Shown here one piece after another: positions 19,632 through 25,952 of a stretch of DNA of 35,672 bases; position 1 is the stretch's first letter, and each line of letters starts with the position of its first letter. Source of the stretch: Candidatus Berkelbacteria bacterium (lineage in GTDB: Bacteria > Patescibacteriota > UBA1384 > XYA2-FULL-43-10 > CAINNR01); assembly GCA_037128645.1 (NCBI GenBank), contig JBAXWD010000001.1, positions 1 through 35,672 of the forward strand, written 5' to 3'. The notes beneath the pieces are model-generated. The model saw only the letters and a program-made list of their open reading frames with translations. It made no database searches and was not told where the DNA came from. Made by a program: the position numbers and the translations under genes.

Positions 19632-20405
19632 ATGACCAACTCACCAAACATAACTAAAAAACAACAACAGATTCTCCACCTACTATTTCAATTCAGATTT
19701 CTAAACCGTCCCCAAATTCAACAATTTCTAAAACACAAAGATCGTAGAGCAACAAACGATTTATTAAGTGATCTAGCAAACAAAGAATATATCGGTCGCA
19801 TTTATATTGAAACATTTCCAGAAAAGACCAAACCGGCAGTCTACTATCTGATTAAAGCAGGAGTACACTTTCTGAAATCAAAAGGATTTGACCAAAAGCA
19901 ATTGCATAAATTGTATTATGAAAACAAGCGATCGGAGAATTTTATCAGCCAATCATTACTGCTGGTCGATGTTTATCTCGATCTTTCAAACCGCAAAGAC
20001 GACAAGGCAAAGTTTACAATGGCAATTGCCAGCGATTACCCGAGTCACAGTTTAGGCGAATTCCTCGGGGATCTTTTGCCCAGCGCTTACATCGAACAAG
20101 AAAGTAACGAAGACACGGAGCATTATTTTTTGGAAATTCTTCCCGATGTACCAATTGAGAGACTGAGGCCAAGAATAAGAAAATACCTAGATTTTTACGA
20201 CAGCAGCGAATGGGAAGGTGAAACCAGCGAAGATTTTCCCACAGTTATTATGATTTGCCCGGATGTTAGTACCTTAATTTATGTTAAGCGATATTTGAAA
20301 AGAAAGTTTATCGAAATGGACGGGGAATCCTTGATTATTCACTTAACTACAATTGATAAATTTAAGGAGCATGGTCTAACCGGCGACATCTGGGAGAAGG
20401 TTTGA
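19632..20405 (+). CDS. replication-relaxation (Replic_Relax) family protein, 257 aa
   Basis: The N-terminal winged-helix-like pattern ITKKQQQILHLLFQFRFLNRPQIQQFLKHKDRRATNDLLSDLANKEYIGRIY matches my recollection of that family. It lies immediately downstream of a coupling ATPase. Confidence 0.55.
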   Translation: MTNSPNITKKQQQILHLLFQFRFLNRPQIQQFLKHKDRRATNDLLSDLANKEYIGRIYIETFPEKTKPAVYYLIKAGVHFLKSKGFDQKQLHKLYYENKRSENFISQSLLLVDVYLDLSNRKDDKAKFTMAIASDYPSHSLGEFLGDLLPSAYIEQESNEDTEHYFLEILPDVPIERLRPRIRKYLDFYDSSEWEGETSEDFPTVIMICPDVSTLIYVKRYLKRKFIEMDGESLIIHLTTIDKFKEHGLTGDIWEKV

Positions 20406-20431
20406 TATATTTATAAGAAGAAAGGCTTAAT

Positions 20432-21082
20432 ATGGAAATTGAAATCGAAGAATATCTGGCACTATCGGCTCCATACACAAAACACTGGATTCAAAAAATT
20501 GTTGACGCATGTTCTGAGCGGATAGATTTTAAGGATGCTAAAATCGGAATCTATTTGGTTTCTAAATCAGAAGAGTTGGAGGACTTAAACGGCGCCAGAG
20601 GTTACTGCCCCTCCGGTTCGCTTATTGAAATATCTGTCGACTTACTTAATCCTCATTTGGATTTTGACTACATTAAACTAACTATAGCTCATGAGCTTTA
20701 TCACCTGGCACGACGGCAATCCGGTATCAAGACTGGCGAAGACACGGTTTTGGAATGCCTGATAAGCGAAGGGCTGGCTGATAGATTTGTCTACGAAACC
20801 TATGGGCTACCTCCCGTCTGGGTTTCAAAAATTGATAAAACAGAGGCAATTAAACTATTAAAGAAAATATCTCCTATTTTAGACAAAAAAATTGACGATG
20901 AAATTTATAGCGATTGGTTTTCAAGAGGTTCTGAAAAACTCAAAATTAGAAAATGGTCGGGCTACGATCTCGGTTATGCATTGGTTTTGCAAATACTAAA
21001 GAAAGACAAAAAGTTAAGTTCGATCTCATTCCTTGATGTTCCTGCTAAGGAAATCGCCGAAATTACCGTGTTGTTACAGTAA
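20432..21082 (+). CDS. predicted Zn-dependent metalloprotease (HExxH; DUF2268-like), 216 aa
   Basis: TIAHELYHLARR contains HExxH. GAAAGG SD. Confidence 0.55.
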   Translation: MEIEIEEYLALSAPYTKHWIQKIVDACSERIDFKDAKIGIYLVSKSEELEDLNGARGYCPSGSLIEISVDLLNPHLDFDYIKLTIAHELYHLARRQSGIKTGEDTVLECLISEGLADRFVYETYGLPPVWVSKIDKTEAIKLLKKISPILDKKIDDEIYSDWFSRGSEKLKIRKWSGYDLGYALVLQILKKDKKLSSISFLDVPAKEIAEITVLLQ

Positions 21083-21193
21083 ATTACTGCCATTGACTAG
21101 AGAAAGCTCTGTTTACTTGGTTGACAACCAATGATGATATTCGGGAGGATAGAATAGACGCTGAGATCTGGGGATAATCTTTGTTCTCTAGCT

Positions 21194-21232
21194 AAATGGA
21201 AACCTACAAACTGTTAGTGGTTTCCATTTTTT
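21194..21232 (+). terminator. Rho-independent terminator after the metalloprotease gene
   Basis: An 11-bp stem aaatggaaacc/ggtttccattt with a 14-nt loop, running into a T tract. Confidence 0.6.
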
Positions 21233-21257
21233 GTTGACTTTTATTTTATAATTTGCT

Positions 21258-21622
21258 AGTTTGAAATTAGTCGCAGATGTAGCTCGAGCACTGGAAGGGA
21301 GAAGCCTTTGGGCTGACAGTGTCGTTTGACACGCGAAGCTGATTGATCAGCAACCTTAGCCACCTGCTATTAAGCGCCGCCTTCATGGGGTTGACCAAAA
21401 TAGTAGACCTAATTTGGACCCTAGAGTCCAAGATCAATCAGTTGTTGCACAGCGTGCAAGTTGGTGTTTTCACACGCGTGTGGGAAAAAACCAGAGACGC
21501 ATCTGCTGCGCTGAGCTCCTCGCATAGGGGGTCGGCGCACGCCATCATTTAAGGCGACTGCTCAGGCGGTTGCTATCCTATCCGAGAGCTGATCAACGCA
21601 CCGATCAGCTCTCTTTACTTTT
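21258..21622 (+). ncRNA. candidate structured non-coding transcript (~360 nt), family not recognised
   Basis: G+C-rich, ORF-poor segment between an upstream terminator and its own terminator. Several local hairpins: gtgtc-gtt-gacac, gctgat-tg-atcagc, cacacgcgtgtg. The only ORF (21343-21552) starts at TTG with no SD. Confidence 0.3.
21584..21622 (+). terminator. Rho-independent terminator (plus strand)
   Basis: An 11-bp perfect stem gagagctgatc/gatcagctctc, loop aacgcacc, then tttactttt. Confidence 0.6.
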
Positions 21623-21631
21623 AATTAAGAT

Positions 21632-21665
21632 AAAAAAACGCCCGTAGCTGGGTAAGCTGCGGACG
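21632..21665 (-). terminator. Rho-independent terminator for the 149-aa gene (minus strand), convergent with the previous one
   Basis: The minus strand reads cgtccgcagc-ttaccca-gctacgggcg (10 positions, one mismatch, one GU) followed by TTTTTTT. Confidence 0.55.
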
Positions 21666-21688
21666 ATGGGGGCTAGCGGTTATTGCCG

Positions 21689-22138
21689 CTAGTAGTTCTG
21701 ATGTGGTTCCGGCACTTCTTCCTGACTCGCTGAAGGTGGCTCCTCTTTGGCACGTTGCCTTGGCAGATAGGGTAACTTCTCTCCGGTGTAGACATCTTCC
21801 GTTCTACAGAGCTTCACTAGGCCCTTAGTTGGGTGACGATGATAGAGCCAGAATTCGTCTTCGACGTTGACGTCGAGGAGCTCGTATTCGACAAGTTCCT
21901 TACCATGGATCGCCATGATCCCTGTCTTCGTCAGGTCGGCCAGAAATTGTTCTATCTGGTCGATGTTCATCAAAGTCTCGGTAAATTCGATCCGAAGTGC
22001 TACTCGGTCGAATCGCCTGAGAAAATGAAAGAACCACTCTTCTACGCTGGGCAGGCCATAACAGCCCGCATTTTCGATGATTCTACAGGCATCGAGATAT
22101 GGTAGCCCTGTAGTGTCCATCAATATTGCGTGAGGCAC
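21689..22138 (-). CDS. hypothetical protein (149 aa), GTG start
   Basis: ORF-track protein. AGGAGG lies 9 nt upstream of the GTG. Intermediate G+C content. No domain recognised. Confidence 0.6.
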   Translation of the reverse strand: MPHAILMDTTGLPYLDACRIIENAGCYGLPSVEEWFFHFLRRFDRVALRIEFTETLMNIDQIEQFLADLTKTGIMAIHGKELVEYELLDVNVEDEFWLYHRHPTKGLVKLCRTEDVYTGEKLPYLPRQRAKEEPPSASQEEVPEPHQNY

Positions 22139-22305
22139 CTTAATCGACCTCCTGTCAGTGATGTTCTATCCGCAATCACTTTATTCCAAAAAGCTCAAAT
22201 AGTCAATGATCTCGAGCCCTATGTTTTATGTAGAGAAGTATGATGAAGTATGAACTTTGACCACAAAAAAGGCCTGAGAACTTAAAGGCTCCCAGGCCTA
22301 ATTGA

Positions 22306-22626
22306 TCAGTACTCTTCGGCTAACATGACGGTCATCACACGCTTGCAGGTCGGTGAGAGCGGATCCTCAAAACAGGTCAACTGGTCGTTGTAATAATCAA
22401 TCTTCCAGAAGACCTTTTCACCATGCCATTCTATCTTACCCATATCGTGCTCAAAATAAGGATCATTGGCCTCGCTAAAATCGTTAAAATCTCTGACCTT
22501 TTGCATTAACCCAATGACATCAGGTAAGTCAGCTGCTCCGCAAGTCATCGTAACCCCGAAGCCTAACTTTCTAAACACATCGTTTTTGTCTGCTATTTCT
22601 GCATTCTTTACAATCTCTAATTCCAT
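22306..22626 (-). CDS. DUF3768-family protein (106 aa), a family typical of plasmids and conjugative elements
   Basis: Pattern VRDFNDFSEANDPYFEHDMGKIEWHGEKVFWKIDYYND...RVMTVMLAEEY matches the DUF3768 consensus as I remember it (NDP..EHDFG...FWKIDYYD...RVLTIMLA.EY). AGGAGG SD. Confidence 0.72.
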   Translation of the reverse strand: MELEIVKNAEIADKNDVFRKLGFGVTMTCGAADLPDVIGLMQKVRDFNDFSEANDPYFEHDMGKIEWHGEKVFWKIDYYNDQLTCFEDPLSPTCKRVMTVMLAEEY

Positions 22627-22687
22627 ATTATCCTCCTATTATTAATACCCTCTGCGATTCGACCTACCGCCTGTCTAGACATAGAAC

Positions 22688-22764
22688 AGAACAATGGCTG
22701 AATTCGGGTCAAGGTGGAGCACCCCACGAGATGAACGACCTTGAGGCGAAACAGCCATTGTTCT
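22688..22764. repeat. 13-bp perfect inverted repeat separated by 51 nt, with a nested 6-bp hairpin
   Basis: agaacaatggctg (22688-22700) pairs with cagccattgttct (22752-22764). Inner tcaagg/ccttga pair. Confidence 0.6.
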
Positions 22765-23181
22765 ATACAATTGGAAGACATGGCGGGAGAAATCTCCATA
22801 ATTATCTGGTGTATTCGCGAGCCAGTATCTTTTGCGTAAATGCAATTGGAGTAAAAGTTGCTGAGTGAGCAATGATGTGCGGATGAATAAGCAAGCACTC
22901 TCTGAAAGAGTGTGCGAAGCGCATGAAGAAGCACAACCAACCAAGCCTTGATTCCTGTTTTCAAGGCAAGATTTCAAGACGAATAAGCGTCTAGCGAGGC
23001 ACGAGATTGTCGCGAAATGAGTTGAAGAAAACGAGCCTTATTGAACTTTAAACTTATCAACCCCATATACGCTTTTTGGATAGACTTTATCGGCACTCGT
23101 GGTTCAATCGGCTGATCAACGAGTCCGCATTTCCATTTTCGGATCAATATATATGCCATGCCTGATAACCCGAGAACATTT

Positions 23182-23211
23182 TTGACTGGAAATCCGTAAT
23201 ATTGTGATAAT
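23182..23211 (+). promoter_or_regulatory. sigma70-like promoter (TTGACT, 18 nt spacer, GATAAT with upstream TG)
   Basis: -35 at 23182-23187, -10 at 23206-23211. Confidence 0.4.
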
Positions 23212-23253
23212 ATTGATACAGAATCAGGCTCAGAGATAAAACCTACACGAATG

Positions 23254-23282
23254 TTGACTTTTTCTCTCTGATATGGTATGAT
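23254..23282 (+). promoter_or_regulatory. sigma70-like promoter (TTGACT, 17 nt spacer, TATGAT with TGn extension) upstream of the DGR target gene
   Basis: -35 at 23254-23259, -10 at 23277-23282. Confidence 0.5.
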
Positions 23283-23313
23283 TCAAAGTTAATTTATGTA
23301 CCTTTACAAGATT

Positions 23314-23362
23314 GGAACAAGCATTTTGCTAATAATCACTTTGTTATCAAAATGCTTGTTCC
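23314..23362 (+). promoter_or_regulatory. 14-bp perfect stem-loop in the target-gene leader; the right arm contains the ATG at 23352
   Basis: ggaacaagcatttt (23314-23327) pairs with aaaatgcttgttcc (23349-23362). 21-nt loop. Confidence 0.5.
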
Positions 23363-24317
23363 AGACAAGGGACACAGCCTGCCTTCAGGCAGATCACATA
23401 GTGGAAGGATGATGACGATGTCCAATGAGGCATTGATCCCGTCCGTGACGCACCCAAAACGTCGTGAAGTGCTGCGCAACTGCGCAGTCGGTCTGGATAG
23501 GGCCGGACTGGACGAGGATGGACTCCAGCAGATCGTGCACCGCGCTGGCGAATTGCAGCAGGGCATGATCGAGTTGGTCAAGCGCCTGTCGCTTTCCAAC
23601 CAGTTCGCGAGCGAAGAGACGGCGTCCAACTACACCTACCCACCTGAGTACAAGGGCCCGAAGCCGATCGAGGAACAGATCACGGCACTCGCCAAGATGC
23701 TCGACCTCGACCCGGCCTCCGCCCTCGCGTTCGCAATGAACCTACCAGCTCTTCCCGAAGGTGCCGAAGGATGGTTTGCCATCCCGTCGCCCGTCGCACT
23801 GGCTGCCAAGCACTTTGCCAATCTGGCAGACCCCGCCGAGCAGAACTGCGCCGGAATCAGCCTGATCCACGCCAAGATCGCGGCATCGCGGAAGTTCTAC
23901 AACTACCGCGAAGGCCAGATCACGACGACACAGTTGCGGGTTGCAATCCGCACAGCCGAGGCGCTGGCCCAGATCACCGAGACCCAGAAGGGCGACATCC
24001 TGATCATCGCTGCCCAGCTCGGGCTTCGCCACCGCGGCAAGTCCGTTCGTCGGGCACGTGAAGTGATGAGCGCCAATGAGTTCGGTCTCGGCTCACTGAT
24101 GATCGGCTCCATTGTACTGACTCACCCCGAGCGGTTTGTCCGCTGGGAGCAGTTGCACATGGATTGCGCCGGCGATGAGTTCAGTCCGGGGGCCGGAGGC
24201 GACTTCGTCAACGCGCCGTACTTACGCTTCGGCGACGGCGAGGTCCGGTTCAGCACCTACTGGGTCAGCAGTGCCCACGCCCACTATGGCTCGGCCTCGG
24301 CTTTCCTCCCGCAGTAG
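23352..24317 (+). CDS. DGR target (variable) protein, G+C-rich, no signal peptide seen; the C-terminal ~43 aa are encoded by the VR
   Basis: Long ORF whose last 130 nt form the VR. The start is uncertain: ATG 23352 has no SD and lies inside the hairpin. The ATGs at 23409, 23412 and 23418 follow GGAAGG (23403-23408), and 23418 has the best spacing. Confidence 0.8.
   Translation: MLVPDKGHSLPSGRSHSGRMMTMSNEALIPSVTHPKRREVLRNCAVGLDRAGLDEDGLQQIVHRAGELQQGMIELVKRLSLSNQFASEETASNYTYPPEYKGPKPIEEQITALAKMLDLDPASALAFAMNLPALPEGAEGWFAIPSPVALAAKHFANLADPAEQNCAGISLIHAKIAASRKFYNYREGQITTTQLRVAIRTAEALAQITETQKGDILIIAAQLGLRHRGKSVRRAREVMSANEFGLGSLMIGSIVLTHPERFVRWEQLHMDCAGDEFSPGAGGDFVNAPYLRFGDGEVRFSTYWVSSAHAHYGSASAFLPQ
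24186..24315 (+). repeat. DGR variable region (VR)
   Basis: 130-nt gap-free alignment to 24746-24875. Of the 21 mismatches, 19 lie where the TR has A. Confidence 0.88.
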
Positions 24318-24381
24318 AAGTTTGTACCTTGTTTCTTAAATCCCTTGAGACTTTTGGCATCTTGATACTTGTCTCTCGGGT

Positions 24382-24397
24382 ACCGCCGATAGGCGGT
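24382..24397 (+). promoter_or_regulatory. GC-rich 6-bp hairpin with a 4-nt loop (accgcc-gata-ggcggt) downstream of the VR
   Basis: Seen directly, 67 nt after the VR end. In the BPP-1 DGR paradigm a GC-rich hairpin with a 4-nt loop lies downstream of the VR. Confidence 0.35.
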
Positions 24398-24408
24398 TCG
24401 ACACATCC

Positions 24409-24446
24409 GGGCTACCAGTCACCATACTGGTAGCCCGTTTTCTTTT
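24409..24446 (+). terminator. Rho-independent terminator of the target gene
   Basis: An 11-bp perfect stem gggctaccagt/actggtagccc, loop caccat, then gttttctttt. Confidence 0.6.
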
Positions 24447-24745
24447 GCAAAATTAAGTAAATATGGTATATACTCTAAACGAAAGTAGGCTAATGCACAG
24501 TCGTCTAAGGATTGCTGTCGCCGAAATTTCAAGTCAACAAAACAGATCGGAATTTTAGTGTTTACGGATACTAAAAGTGCATCTGTGTTGAGGAGATACT
24601 GCTTGCCCTTGCCTGGTGCAGGTGTCGCTTCGGCGACTGCTGCCAAATAAAATACAGAAAAGAGAATATATAGTTTGGTTCTCCCGAGGAGAGCTAAAGG
24701 CAAAATTCAATTTTCAGTGCACATAGATGGGCAGAGGGCAATTTA

Positions 24746-24875
24746 CCGGAAGCCGATGGCGACTTCGACAACGCGCCGTACTTCAACTTCAACGACGGCA
24801 AGGTCAAGTTCAACACCAACTGGGTCAGCAATACCAACGCCAACTATGGCTCAGCCTCGGCTTTCCTCCCGAAGT
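24746..24875 (+). repeat. DGR template region (TR)
   Basis: Invariant, A-rich copy of the VR. In the VR reading frame it is rich in AAC/AAT/AAG codons (...FNFNDGKVKFNTNWVSNTNANYGSASAFLPK). Confidence 0.88.
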
Positions 24876-24949
24876 CTCTCCTTAATTAAAGAAAATACGC
24901 CCAGTCCGCCAAACAGCGGATCAAGCGTATTTTCTTGTTCTTTTTGTGG

Positions 24950-25297
24950 CTATTCTTTGGTTGATTTAATCCAGCCACCGAGCATACGACCGATTTCGTC
25001 GAGATCCATTTCAATCGATGTATAAGTTTTAAGCTCTATTGTTTTAACATCTTTCATCAAACGGACAAAAACCTTTAACAAGCTGAGGTTGGAACTGGCA
25101 TCTATCAGAGATGGAAGTTTCTCGTCCTTACCAAGTTGGCTGGCCTTGAGAATGCCCTCAATAACTTTCAAAAGATAATTTTCTGATTTGAGAAATATTG
25201 AGTAGCGATCCTGTTTTGGCACTTTGGTGCCGAGAGTGTGGAATTGTTTATATAATTCATAAGCCTTTTTAAAAATCGGGATGTCAAATTCCTGCAT
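24950..25297 (-). CDS. avd: DGR accessory variability determinant (Avd-like four-helix-bundle protein), 115 aa
   Basis: Size, composition and the FKKAYELYKQFHTLGTKVPKQDRYSIFLKSENYLLKVIEGILKA pattern fit the Avd-like four-helix-bundle family. It lies next to the TR and RT. GAAAGGAAC SD. Confidence 0.75.
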   Translation of the reverse strand: MQEFDIPIFKKAYELYKQFHTLGTKVPKQDRYSIFLKSENYLLKVIEGILKASQLGKDEKLPSLIDASSNLSLLKVFVRLMKDVKTIELKTYTSIEMDLDEIGRMLGGWIKSTKE

Positions 25298-25310
25298 AGG
25301 TTCCTTTCAT

Positions 25311-25952
25311 ATGAAATATTACAAAAATATATTTGAAAAAATTATCAACCCGAACAATTTGTTCACCGCTTGGGATGAGTTTAAAATAGGCAAACTCCGC
25401 AAGACCGATGTTTTAGAATTCGTAGCTGGGCTGGAAGAAAATATCTTTAAACTCTACCGTGATCTAAAATACCACAGTTACAAACACGGTGTCTATCGGT
25501 CATTCTATATTACCGACCCGAAATTAAGAGAAATTAACAAGGCAATGGTCAGAGATAGAGTTTTACATCATGCCGTTTTTCAGATTCTATACCCGATGTT
25601 TGAGCCGACATTCATTTCAAATTCTTTTTCTTGCCGTGACGAAAAGGGAAATCACAAGGGCGTTGATTATCTAGAAAAAATAATCCGGGAGGTTAGCAGA
25701 AACTATACCCGAGATTGCTTTGTTATGAAATGCGATATACGAAAATTCTTTGGTTCGGTCGATCATCGGATTTTATTGGAAATTATTCAGCGAAAAGTTA
25801 AAGATGAAGATTTTAATTGGCTGATTAAGGAAATCATTGGCAGTTTTGGTTCAAAAACCGACTATCAACCACAATTACAACTGTTCGATTTTCGAGTCGA
25901 AAATCCAGAGAGAGAGAGAAAGAAAGAGCAGCCTTCGGCTGCTTGGGGGTAG
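25311..25952 (+). CDS. DGR reverse transcriptase, N-terminal fragment (motifs 1-3), ending at an in-frame TAG after a G5 run
   Basis: FYITDPKLREI, DRVLHHAVFQILYPMFEPTFISNSFSCRDEKGNHKG, VMKCDIRKFFGSVDHRILL. ATG 25311 is preferred over the track start at 25281, which would overlap the avd start. Confidence 0.85.
   Translation: MKYYKNIFEKIINPNNLFTAWDEFKIGKLRKTDVLEFVAGLEENIFKLYRDLKYHSYKHGVYRSFYITDPKLREINKAMVRDRVLHHAVFQILYPMFEPTFISNSFSCRDEKGNHKGVDYLEKIIREVSRNYTRDCFVMKCDIRKFFGSVDHRILLEIIQRKVKDEDFNWLIKEIIGSFGSKTDYQPQLQLFDFRVENPERERKKEQPSAAWG

Noticed and set aside
21343-21552. 69-aa ORF inside the candidate ncRNA segment
   Set aside because: It has a TTG start and no SD, and the sequence is not convincing as a protein. 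The segment is better explained as non-coding.
22617-23159. Three mutually overlapping minus-strand ORFs (115, 100 and 61 aa) upstream of DUF3768
   Set aside because: They overlap each other in different frames, are Cys/His/Ser-rich and do not look protein-like, and lack SDs. The region is treated as non-coding.
23336-24339. Six overlapping ORFs on both strands across the DGR target gene
   Set aside because: High G+C content removes stop codons in all frames. Only the 23352-24317 frame ends in the VR and reads like a protein; the others are R/P/A/S-rich artefacts.
24419-24703. 94-aa minus-strand ORF between the VR and TR
   Set aside because: It has a non-ATG start and no SD. Its 3' end overlaps the target-gene terminator hairpin, and it spans the UUCG hairpin. 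No motif was recognised. It is kept only as a caveat in the spacer finding.
24675-25025. 116-aa plus-strand ORF running through the TR
   Set aside because: It reads the TR in a different frame from the VR frame, starts at TTG with no SD, and overlaps the 3' end of avd. The TR is expected to be non-coding.
25927-25943. Deleting exactly the 17-nt hairpin in the RT gene would also restore the frame (…RERKKVGVGIPIGNLTSQ); considered as a tiny insertion or a translational-bypass element
   Set aside because: Any 3n+2 deletion in this interval restores the frame. No matching take-off and landing codons flank the hairpin. The G5 slip or indel is the simpler explanation. It is mentioned only as an alternative.
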